Shown here: positions 49,283 to 59,794 of the stretch, one piece after another
Layout of the letters: each line of letters starts with the position of its first letter
Position numbering within the stretch: position 1 is the first letter of the stretch
DNA from: Blastocladiella emersonii ATCC 22665
Taxonomy: Eukaryota; Fungi; Blastocladiomycota
Reading direction: 5' to 3'
DNA length: 64,000 bases
Assembly: GCA_025594325.1 (NCBI GenBank)
Contig: JANHCV010000007.1
Coordinates: 744,001 to 808,000, forward strand
Translations under genes and position numbers: made by a program
Notes under the pieces: model-generated
Database searches by the model: none
Told to the model about the DNA's origin: nothing
Seen by the model: the letters and a program-made list of their open reading frames with translations, nothing else

Positions 49283-49503
49283 GGCGTTTATTGTCAATGT
49301 GCTGCGAGGGCGCTGAGAAGGTCGCAACGCTGGTGTGCGAAGCGAAGCAGGACTCACACAGCCCACGGTGCGCGGGCACGCGGATGTGGCGCAACGCGTC
49401 CGCGGCCCCGACTCTGCCCGTTCCGATCGTTTCGCGACTCTCAACGGCACAAAAAGGAGGCAAACTTGCGAATCGTTTACACTGCTGGAAAACGCGACAC
49501 GAA

Positions 49504-51062
49504 TCAAACATGACGGATGAACGCAGCGAGCGGGAGCCCGAGCAGCGGGTCACGCGGCACGCTGCTCGCGGGCTCAGTGACACGCGGCGGCACACGCTTG
49601 TGTGGCAGGTCGGCGAGTAGTGTGCGCGAGTCTTCGGCGAACTGCCTGCCGAGAATGCCGTCCGAGTCGTTGAGCGCGGCGAGGGCCTCGTTGTACAGCT
49701 CCTGGATCGGCGGGGCATGAGTGCAGTCGACATCGAGAGTGGACGCGATGCCCGCGCTCGCCTACGATGCGAAACAAGGTGAGTCGTGGAAGACGCCAAG
49801 TCGATGGCGGTGGGATTGAGCGAAGCGGTGCGTACCAGAACGGCGATGGTGACGACTATGAGGGGCGCGAGTTGCTGCAGCGTGACGATCTTGGGCTCAG
49901 GCTGAGTCTCTGCCTCAGCGGCCCGAGCTGCGCGCTCGTTCAGCCGCTCAAGGTAGGCTTCGATTGCGGAGAAGCTGTTCACTACAGGCGCGTACCAAGC
50001 GAAACGTAAGCGATCAACTAGCGCGCGGCGAACTCGAGAGCATGTACCATCCTTCCAGTTCATCGCCTTCTCTACAACCTTGTGCAGGAACGGGTGAATG
50101 GTGAGCGCATCGACGTCACTCGCCGGGGACTTGATGATCCACTGCTGATTGAAGGAGAGCGTCCGAATGTTGGCCGGCGAAGCAGAGATGGGAAGGGTCG
50201 GGTGAACCGAGGCGAGCGTCTCGTCCTTGAAAATTTTCACCGTGGCCTCGTTGATTCTGCGGCGAAAGTAGCCGAGAACCTCGACAAAAAACTCGCGGTA
50301 CTAGCTCGGGAAGAGAACATGTAAGCCTTGGAGCGATGAACAGGCCAGTGGAGAAGAGTCGTACCGCATCAAAGTCCAGCGCCTCGCCCTCTGCTCCAAC
50401 GATTTCGAGATAGTCGGCGTAACAGTGCGTGCGGATGATGTCGGCGTCCACGAAGGGCCCGTAAACAAGAAAACTGGCACGAAGCTGCGTCTTGACGGCC
50501 AGCGGCAGCTTCGTCAACTTCCCGGGCACGCGGCGCTTCTTCGCACTCCTAAATCAATCCCAGTGCTCAACACGTAAGGTTGTGTGTCGTTCGGCGAAAT
50601 GCTTGGAACGGAAGCGCACCTGGGTGCAACAACATCTCCCTTCCTGTCGGTACCTCCGTCGGACTCGCGATTCCCAGCAAGAACATCGCGACCGCCGCGA
50701 GCGCCCTTGCCGTCGTCGACTGCACCGCGATTCTCAGCTGTGATACGTCTCGCGCTGCCAGGCGCTCCAACAAGCACATCGGCGCTTTCGCCCTCCTCCT
50801 CCGATTCAACAACAACCACAAGAGCCGCGGTGCGACGACGACTCGGCCTTACCGTCCTAGTGCGTAGAACAAGGCTCGCCGCTCCGTCATCCAAGTCCTC
50901 TTTCATAAGGCCTGACTCGGACGCGGTGCGCTTCACACCGGGGCCAAGTCGTGTGCGCTTCGAAGCAGCGGCGATGGCGCGCGACGGCGGAACCCATCCG
51001 TCCGCGACGCGCTGTTTGATGCGTTCGCTGCGGCGGCCCGAGCCTGTTGCATGAGGTTCCAT
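49504..51062 (-). CDS. Family A copy 3
   Basis: MEPHATGSGRRSERIK, LVYGPF..RTHCYADY, NIRTLSFNQQW..HPFL..W, VTLQQLAPLIVVTIAVL, LYNEALAALNDSDG, RDPLLGLPLAAF. Confidence 0.75.
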
Positions 51063-51554
51063 GGTCTCTGCTTTCATTGCGGCGTCGTGGGTTAAAGAGA
51101 AGGAGAGCGGTGATGGACGCCTAAGCGACCGACCAGGCTGGCGGTGGCGCAGTGACATGCGTGACAGCCACTTCCCGCGTGCCGCTCGCGAACCGGCCGC
51201 AACGAGCTCGTTCTCCCCATCGAGCGGACCCCTCCATGTAGCGCCATGGAAACTTGATGCAACGGGTGGTAGGATGGTAGATCAAGCGCCATCCGCAATC
51301 AAGTCGAGCGGGTTTGTCGGTGTAACTGGCTCGCGCTTCTCTCGGCCCGCAGCTGCCGCTCCTCACGCAGCTTGAGCACAGGCCAGGTTGCGTAGCGGAG
51401 GCGCCGCACGATTCCGAACAAGTCGGATCAAGAGCGGACTGGTGAGCTTTGCTACGTTCAACCGTAGCTCTTGCATCAGATTATGGCCACCCGCTTGACA
51501 TGAAGCTGTTCCCTGGCAACGACGGGCGGCTGTGATGGAGAGAGAGGCCTGAGC

Positions 51555-51586
51555 GTTTCAGCCACTCACGAGGTGGCGCGACGCGT
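51555..51586 (-). promoter_or_regulatory. Family A upstream element, instance 3
   Basis: + strand GTTTCAGCCACTCACGAGGTGGCGCGACGCGT. Confidence 0.55.
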
Positions 51587-51688
51587 CCAGCCCGCTTCGC
51601 GAGCGGCTCCTTGCTCCAGTCTCCTCCGAACGAGTTCATGCACGACGTGGTATATTATACGACTTGATGCAGAGAAGGAAAACGCCGA

Positions 51689-53091
51689 CTACTTCTGGTG
51701 CTGGACAAACGCCGCGAGCGGCAGGCCCGAGAGCGCATCGCGGGGCACCACGGTCGGCGTGTGCGCCTTTGTGTACCCCTCGACGAGCGGGCGGCGCTCC
51801 TGGTACAGCTCGTCCACGAGGGTACGCGCGTCGGTCGCAAACTTCTCGCCGAGGATGCCGTCCGGGTCATGGAGCGCTTCGAGCGCCTCGTTGTAAAGCG
51901 CCTGGAGCGGGGGTAGCTGGTGGCTCTTGAAACCGAGGTGAAGCGCGATTCCGGCGTTTGCCTGATGGAGAGAATGGTTGGTGAGTTTTCGACGAGGCGC
52001 GGATGCGGACTACAAGGGGCAACGTACAAGCACGGCGATGGTGGCGACAATGAGCGGCGCGAGCTGGTGCAGCGTGACGGGCGTCGTGTCGCCGTTCCGG
52101 TTGGCGCGGGCCATGCGCTCGTTGAGTCGAGTGATGTAGGCCTCGATCTCGGCCAAGCTGCTGCCTATTTTATGGCACACGCGGAGTCGGAGGCAGCTAT
52201 CAGTGGGTGTTCACCGCGTCATGGGTGCGAGGACATACCGTTGCGCCAGTTCATGACTCGGCGGAAGACCGCAGCAAAGAACGGGTGGATGGTCAACGTG
52301 CTACCGCGTTTGCTGGACGTCCCCTTGATCATCCAGTGCCGGTTGAAGTTGAGGGTACGAATCGCCTCACCCGCGTCAACGGCCGGCAGCTTTGGCCAAA
52401 TCGAGGCGGTTCCCTTGGCCTTGAATAGTTTCGTGACCACACGGGCGATGAGAGACCGGAACGGCCTGCTGACCATCAAAAAATGTTTGTTGTACTAGGG
52501 CGCGGTTGATCGAGTCAGCGTGGATGGGTTATGGGGCGAGGGAAAGGCGCGTACCTCCTCAAAGTCCATGTTCGAGTCATTCTCGCCGCAGAGCCCGACG
52601 TAGTCCGCATGGCAATGTTGGCGAAGAGTCTCGAGATCCACAAACGGCCCGTGAACGAGGTAACACACGCGAGTCTGCACCTTGAGCTTCATGGGCAGCT
52701 CGGACAAATTCAGATGCCGCCTCTTCGACGACCTATTAAGACCGTAGTGTTAAATACATGAGCACTGAGGAAGCATATCAGAAAAGCCGCACCCGTCAAC
52801 CTGGGCGTGGGCGTCGTCGAGCTCGTCCTCGTCGTCCTGCTCTCCCTCGTGCTCCAACCCCTCATCGTAATCGCTCCCATCCTCGCCGTCGGCGGCAGCG
52901 TCCTGGACGACGAGCTCAGTTTTGACGCGACTGGCCGTGGAAGCCTGCTCTCGAGAGAGCCGGCCCGCTCCAGGGCGCAGCCGCGGCCGTGGGGCGGCTG
53001 CGACGGCTGGCTCCAAAGTGGCGTCATCGTCCGCCGAGCGCTCGCGGAGACGCTTGCTGCGTCGGACCGGCTCAGTTGCATGAGCTTCCAT
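51689..53091 (-). CDS. Family A copy 4
   Basis: MEAHATEPVRRSKRLRER, acidic tract, LVHGPF..RQHCHADY, AIRTLNFNRHW..HPFF..W, VTLHQLAPLIVATIAVL, LYNEALEALHDPDG, RDALSGLPLAAF. Confidence 0.75.
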
Positions 53092-53198
53092 GACTGGCAC
53101 GTTTGTAGCCGTAGAGGGATGTTTCGTCGGCTGCTGCGAGTGAGGGCGAGTGTGAGCGGCGGGCATTTCGGCCCGGAGCGCGACGGGCGATCCGCAGC

Positions 53199-53232
53199 GT
53201 TTCAGCCTGGTCACCTGAGTGGCGCAACGCGT
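53199..53232 (-). promoter_or_regulatory. Family A upstream element, instance 4
   Basis: + strand GTTTCAGCCTGGTCACCTGAGTGGCGCAACGCGT, about 110-140 bp upstream of the ATG at 53091. Confidence 0.6.
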
Positions 53233-53497
53233 CCAGCCGGGCTGAGCAGCTCCAGCTCTCCTAGCCCGAGCCGGAGCGCACGAGCTGAGGCGAAGAGAAA
53301 TCGGCTGGTTGGGGACCCTCTCTGACTGATGGTTGGCGGGCGGACTGTGGCCTGATTTCGCCACGCGGCTCGCATCTCGATGCACCGCACGCGTTGGACC
53401 GCATCGATGCCACTGAAGTCATCCTCTCGAGCCTCCATGGGACAAAACCGCAAACACATGATGCTGTAGATACTCGACTTCTCGCTCGATCCATGAA

Positions 53498-54981
53498 TCA
53501 ACTGTCATCCTCGCCCTCATCGCTGTCAGCAAGCATCGCAAGCGGAACTCCCGTGAGCGCGTCCCGCTTGACATCGCCGTCAGCAGCGTTGCCCAATGAT
53601 GCGTCAGCACCCAAGTCGTTGATCAGCTTGCGGCACTGCTCGACAAAGCGTTTTCCAAGCAGGCCCTGCTTGTTCTCAAGCTCCTGGACCAGGTTGGCGT
53701 ACAGTTGGCTGATTGGCGGAAGCGGATCGCGAGAGACGCCAAGGTGGAACCCGATCCCAAGAGTAGCCTGGATAATTGAAGCGAAGGTCAGTTACGCGTG
53801 AGCATGAGTGGGGACTGAGATAACGTACGAAGCATGCCGTCATAAGGACGATCTGCGGTGCGACGTGGTCGAGCTTGACAAGCTTTGGCGGCGAGACCGC
53901 ACGGGACGAGTTCGCGATGCGAGCGTTGAGTCGGGCGAGAGAGGCCGAGACGGCCATAAGCGAGTTACCTGCAATGGATCGGTGGATGAGGTCGAGGTCA
54001 GTCTCGACCCGGGAGCCACGAAATGGAATCACGTACCGTTACGCCAGCAGAGCGACCGTTTCGTCAAAGTGGCGAGGAACGGATGAAGGTCACGCGCGCC
54101 GACAGTGCCGTCCGTTGCGGGAGCGAGCATCCAAGCCAGGTTGAAGGCAAGGCTGCGGGTCTCGCCACTGGACGAGAGGTTCGGGAAGTGAGGAACTGGC
54201 GGGTTGGGCTCGGTTTCTGCGGTTGCTGCCGAAGCGAGCAAGTGTTTTGCTGACTCGACGGTAATTTTGCGAAGACTCGAAGTAACATTCGTGACGTAAG
54301 GAAGGTACTAAACAACATGCGTGAGTGCGCCGGAGCGCAACGAACCGCAAGTGAGAGAACAACGCACCGCTTCGAATGAGAGCAGCGGGTCGTGCCCTGC
54401 AAAGAGCTCGCAGTAGTCGACGTAAAAAAAGTCTCGGATGATCTGCTCGCTAGCAAAAAGTCCGTGTACCAAGACGCATGCGCGGATGTGGTTCGTAAAG
54501 GAGCGCGGCATGCCGGTCAAGACAGCGACGCAACGTCTCCGCTTGCTAGCCGGGGAACGTGACGTGCGTCCGCGTTTCGCAGGACTATCGGGGCGGAGGT
54601 GCGTATCAGCATGGCGCGGCGCATACGCTGGTTTCCAGATATGACATACGGCGTGAAATCGTCCTTTTCCTCATCCTCCTCCTCGTCATCGTCGCTACGC
54701 TCAACGTCCGTTCCCGCTGCGCTGGGTTCGTCCTCACATTCATCGGCTGCAGCGCCATGCCGCTGCGCGCTGTCGCCCGTTGCCGCCGTGGAACGGGATC
54801 CGCGTCGTTCGCGCTTTACCCGCAGCGGGATCTCGTTTGGCAGCTGCGAGGTTGCGCGCGCCTCGAGCGGACGATTGGGGCACCGCGCCGGTGACTCGCT
54901 AGGGGCGAGAACGGCAGCGCGCGAGCGGTCCGCGAGGCGTAGGCTACGCCGCGGTTTACATTCGTTTGCATCAAGTGTCAT
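53498..54981 (-). CDS. Family A copy 5 (most divergent intact-looking copy)
   Basis: MTLDANECKPRRSLRL, acidic tract, LVHGLF..DFFYVDY, ETRSLAFNLAW..HPFL..W, VKLDHVAPQIV, LYANL..NKQGLLG, RDALTGVPLA. Confidence 0.7.
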
Positions 54982-55335
54982 GTTGGCGTGGCAAGTCCGA
55001 GGTTGAGTATCAGGAAAAGAGCTGGCCGCGGCGGACTTGCGAGCGAGGATCGACCGCCGAGTCATCTGTTTTAGCGACGCGTCTCACACGCCACACGGCG
55101 CGCGCGTCACCGGCGCCGCATGGCGTTGGCGAAATCAATGCGCTCCTGACATGAATCCCTCGCTTCAAGTTAGGTGCGTTTGATAACACGTTCGAAAAAC
55201 GACGGTTTTGATTGCACGAGCCCAGTTTGATCACGTTGATGTCAAAAATCGTGTCTGTATTTACTTCTCTCGCACACACACCAGACACTTTGCGCCCATG
55301 CGAACCACTCGCACACAAATCAGACCTCACGTTCT

Positions 55336-56514
55336 CTACTGGGGGCTGAGGTAGAGGAGACGGTTGGGCGACCCGTTGACGTCATAGATCTTGTTGGGCG
55401 TGGCGTCGTTGAGCAGCTTGGCGACGAGCCCGTCCTTGGACAGCGACGGGTTGGCGGACCAGGTGGCGGCGGCGGCGCCGACGACCATGGGCGTGGCCAT
55501 GGAGGTCCCCGAGATGGTGTTGTACCCGCCGTTGTTCCACGCGCTGTAAATGTCCTGGCCGGGCGCGATGATGTCGACGCACTGGCCGTAGTTGGAGAAG
55601 GACGCGCGCGCGTCGTTGCTCGTCGACGCGGCCACGCACACGGCGCCCGCCGCCGACGCCGGCGACACGTTGCACGCGTCCTGCGACTCGTTGCCCGCGG
55701 CTACGCCAACAAAAACGCCCGATGCGGCGAGCGCCGAGACGGCGTCGTTGGTGGCCTGCGAAAAACCGCCGCCGAGGCTCAGGTTGGCGACCGACCGGCG
55801 GCCCGTCTGGCGCGCGTGCTGCGCGACCCACGACACGCCGTTGATGATCTCCGAGTTGGACCCGAACCCGTCATCTCCGAGCACCTTCACGGCGATGACG
55901 TTGGCCCGCTTGGCCACGCCCGTGGTGGCGCCCGCGACGGTGCCGGCGACGTGGGTGCCGTGGCCCTGGCCGTCGCGCTGCGAGCAGCCCGAGCACACGT
56001 AGCCCCACGACGCGCGGCCGCCAAACTCGCGGTGGTTCACCGTGACGCCCGTGTCGATGATGTACGCGTTGACGCCCGACCCGGCGGCGTCCGGGTAGAC
56101 GAACGGCGCGCCGCGCAGGTTGAGGTCGCGCTGCGAGATGCGCGCCAGGCCCCACGACGGCGGCGACTGCTGGACGCCCGAGATGGCGACCCACGTGTCC
56201 TGCTCGACGGCGGCGACCTTGGGGTGCTCCTTGAGGCGCTTGGCGAGGCCCGCCGAGAAGGTGCCCGCGTAGCCCTTGAAGGCCGCCGACACGGCAAACT
56301 CGTGGTCGACCTTGGACTGCACGGCGACGCCCTCGCGCGCGTTCTCGGTGGCGACCTCGGCCTTGAGCGCCTTGGTGAAGGCGGCCTGGTCGACGTCGGG
56401 CTTGAGGCGCACAATGAACTGGTTCGGGATCACGTCGCCCGCCTTCTTGCCGCCGGGCGCGGCCTGCACGCCGACGACGAGGGCCAGAGCAGCGAGGAGG
56501 GTGGCGATCTTCAT
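55336..56514 (-). CDS. Secreted subtilisin-like serine protease (S8A, proteinase K type) with signal peptide and I9 propeptide; intronless
   Basis: Signal MKIATLLAALALVVGVQA. Catalytic motifs YIIDTG, GHGTHVAG, AAGN and SGTSMATP. WGLARI. Confidence 0.96.
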   Translation of the reverse strand: MKIATLLAALALVVGVQAAPGGKKAGDVIPNQFIVRLKPDVDQAAFTKALKAEVATENAREGVAVQSKVDHEFAVSAAFKGYAGTFSAGLAKRLKEHPKVAAVEQDTWVAISGVQQSPPSWGLARISQRDLNLRGAPFVYPDAAGSGVNAYIIDTGVTVNHREFGGRASWGYVCSGCSQRDGQGHGTHVAGTVAGATTGVAKRANVIAVKVLGDDGFGSNSEIINGVSWVAQHARQTGRRSVANLSLGGGFSQATNDAVSALAASGVFVGVAAGNESQDACNVSPASAAGAVCVAASTSNDARASFSNYGQCVDIIAPGQDIYSAWNNGGYNTISGTSMATPMVVGAAAATWSANPSLSKDGLVAKLLNDATPNKIYDVNGSPNRLLYLSPQ

Positions 56515-57803
56515 GGTGTTGGTGGTGGTGACGACTTCTAGGGTCTAGCGGGTCAGGAGCGCAGCTGCTGATGCTGGTTCAGTTGGGAGGAAGCGGGGGA
56601 GGCGGCCGCTCTTTATACTCGCGCTGCCGTCGCCGCTGTGTACGCAGGGCATCCCACTCCCAACGCCGGCACGGCACGTTGCCGACTGGTTCCCTGCGAC
56701 TCCATCGATGCAGGAGCAAGGAGTCGCGTGCATAACGGGGCGACGCGTCGTCCTTGTTCCCGTGATCAAAGTCATGATCGCGTCGCGTGAGTGGACCGCG
56801 CGCCGAAACACGCCCCCGCGCTCGAATCCCCGCGCGCACCAACCACTCACGTCGCTCTTTCGCTCGGCATCGAGCGCGGAATCGTGTCGCGTGGTCCAAT
56901 TTAGGATCCGCGCGAGGTGCGCGCGAGTTCGCGGGACGGTTGTTCTTGTGACGCGGGACGCGCCGCACCGCGTGTGCGCGCTGCAACTGCCCTCTCTCAT
57001 CGTCGCCCCCTGACTCGACCCGCCGCTGTGCGCGCGAGTCTGCGGCCATGCGTGATGGGAAGGCCGAGGACACGCGGTGACGGTTGATCGGTGGAATGAT
57101 CTGCGCGCGCGCGGGCCGAGAGCCTGGCCCCAGCGCCGCACGCGTGTGTCCGCTCCTCCCCTCTCCTGTACGCAGCGGCATCCCGTGGCCGTCACCGACG
57201 ACGATGAACTATCGTCGCAACCCTGGCCTGACGTTGGGGATAGATGATCCGAGGATGCACACATGAGCGAGACTCGTCGTCGTCCTATAGATGATCCGTG
57301 GGAACGGCTCCGTTCATCTCCATCTCCATCGACATCACAGCTTGGGCTCGGGCATCGCGCCGGCGGGCGTCGCGACGACAAGCGGCGGCTCTTCGGCCGG
57401 CGCACCACCCGTCTTCCCGCCGAGCCATCCCGCGTCCTCGGGCCGGCCAAGGTACCCGGCCCCCATCTTGGCGAGCGCCGCATCGAGGAGGCGGCGGACG
57501 CGTGGCGAGAGGCCCGCGCGCGCATAGTACCGCATCACGCCGTCCTTGTCGCGGCGGAGCCGGTGCCGCGTCGCGAGCGAATGGCAGGCGAGATGGCGGG
57601 CGAGATGCCGGACCAGTGAAACGATTGGCGGTAGCACCCCGTGAGTGGCGCAATGCGTCCTTGTTCCACGTATAGTTCACGTTGGGCGACGAGAAGGAAC
57701 GACTCTACCTCACTCACCAAGTGTTTTTCGAACACTGAAGAATGGGGCATGCAGAAACGAGCATCAGAACGACATGTTATGCATACAAACGTCCAGGCCG
57801 GGA

Positions 57804-59248
57804 TCACTTCTTATCCAGAGGAATCGCCGCGAGCGGGAGGCCCGAACACGGATCGCAGTTGGCATCGTCCATGTTGGCGATCGCCAACTGACGCCCGCAG
57901 CTCATCCTGGTGGCAATTGCGCGCGCGTCCGCAATAAACTGCGCACCGAATACTTGATTGTCGCGAGTGGCAAGCGTCTCAAGAGCCTCGATGTAGAGGT
58001 TCGCGACTGGCGGAAGCGGTGCACGGCTGAGACCGAGGTGCCATGCGATTCCCTGGTTTGCCTAGCGAACATGAACATGCAGCAGTGGTTGACAATCGTC
58101 AATCGCGTTGCAAAGTAGGAGATCGGCGAGCACGTACGATTGAGGCCAGCGCAAGGACAATCATCGGCGCGACTTGCTGATGCGTGATCACCTTGGGTTC
58201 GGCGTCAACGCTGGCCCGAGCCATCCGCTCGTTGAGTCAATGGAGGCACGACTCGACCTCGACAAACCCGTTGGCTAACGGACAACGACGCGAAAACTTA
58301 GGGGACGACCCGCTGCGCGTCTCGGCGCTCGACTTGTAACCCGAAATGTTTGGGGCCGAGAGGGTAGCACCACGCCTCCCTGCCGCCGACAAGGAGGCGA
58401 GGCGGTACTTGGCGGCTTTGAGCGTCGTTTTGCGAAGGCTGAGCTCGGCGTTGGCGACCTAGAGACAGTACTATAATGACCGCACGCGCAATGCACGTCA
58501 GCACGAGCGGAGACGGTACCCGGGCCCACGCGCAAACAGGCCCCGTGACGGATCTTGTCAAAAGGAATGAGCGGACCATCGGCGGCGAAAAGGGCGGAGT
58601 AGTCGGCGTAGAAAAGTCGCGGATGACCTGCTTGCTCGCAAACGGCCCGTGAACAAGCAGGCAGGCGCGGATGTGGTAGGTGAAGGCGACCGGCATGTCA
58701 AGGAGGATGGCCGTCTTGCGCTTCTGCTGGCCCTCTGGACCGCTCACCAGTGGGCGGTTAGTTTTGCTGCGCAGCTTCTTCTTCTTCGGGCTGGCGTCGG
58801 TGTTAGCGGCAAGGGCTCCGAATCAGCAATAAGATGGGCACAGCGTACCGTGTGATTCCGTCGTCCTCGTCATCCTCGTCGTTGACTTCATTGGCATCAT
58901 CGTCATCCTCCTCGCTGTCGTCATCATCGACGTTCTCTTTGTCCTCAAAGCTGCCCGTGTCGCTGTCGGCCTCGCTGCTCTCGCTCCCGTTGTGGCCGTG
59001 GCGCGTGCCACGGGTGGCCGATGGAGCGGTACGGGCCGCGAGCGGCTTACGCTTCACACCCGGCGCCAGCTTGGGCGGCGGCAGGGGCGGCAGCGGCAGA
59101 GGTGGCCCCGGAGAGTCCCGAGCGCGCTCCTCGAGGACGCCGCGAGGCAGCCGGGCCCGCGCCTCGTTGGGAGGCCGCGCGGCCGAGTTGGCGGCGGTGG
59201 CGAGGCGGCCACTGCGGCGCTGGTCGGGCCCGTTGCATGAGCTTCCAT
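57804..59248 (-). pseudogene. Family A copy 6, pseudogene
   Basis: MEAHAT is out of frame with the following RRSGR/acidic segment. There is a 1-nt deletion at DF(F)YADY, in-frame TAG and TGA stops, and loss of the FNxxW..HPF..W block. Exon 5 (LYIEAL..DPCSGLPLAA) is still recognisable. Confidence 0.75.
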
Positions 59249-59794
59249 GGTGATGCTACGGGGTTGCTCACGTAGGGCACGGCAAGCTGAGGCCAAGAAG
59301 ATTGCGCAGCAAGGCGAGGGATGCCGAGTCACCTGTTTTCGCGTCGCGTCTCGCAGCAACGCGCGTTGGGCGAACAGCTCCCTCGCGCCTCCGCTCGCGC
59401 CATCACCGATCCTGTCAGCTTGCGCTTCCCAAGTCCTCGAGCGGCGATCGCCATGGGCAGGCGTCCTCGTAGCGGACAGTGACCGCCATGAGCGACGCGT
59501 TCGCGGTGCGCCACCAAGTCCCTGCCCCTGATCCTGCAGCGGGCCTTGACGGCGAAAGTCTTGACCATCGCTGACGGGCAGATGGAGGGACGCCGGTGGC
59601 AGCCCGCTCTCGTGCAGGGCTGGAGCAACGCGAGCGCCAACGAGGCCGAGAGCACTCGAAAGCGAGGAGGACGGATGGCTGACCAACGCGCTGCGGGTCC
59701 CACGCTCACGGGCCCGCGCGTTCTTCACTCGCCCTTCCACTCTCCCCGTCCCCGCCCTCGCCGTGTTTCCTTCACGCTGCATGCAACACTCACA

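Noticed and set aside
44500-59300. Island 2 as an intact transposon, provirus or recent bacterial HGT
   Set aside because: I found no transposase, integrase, RT or capsid motifs, and no terminal repeats. The genes carry host-type spliceosomal introns.
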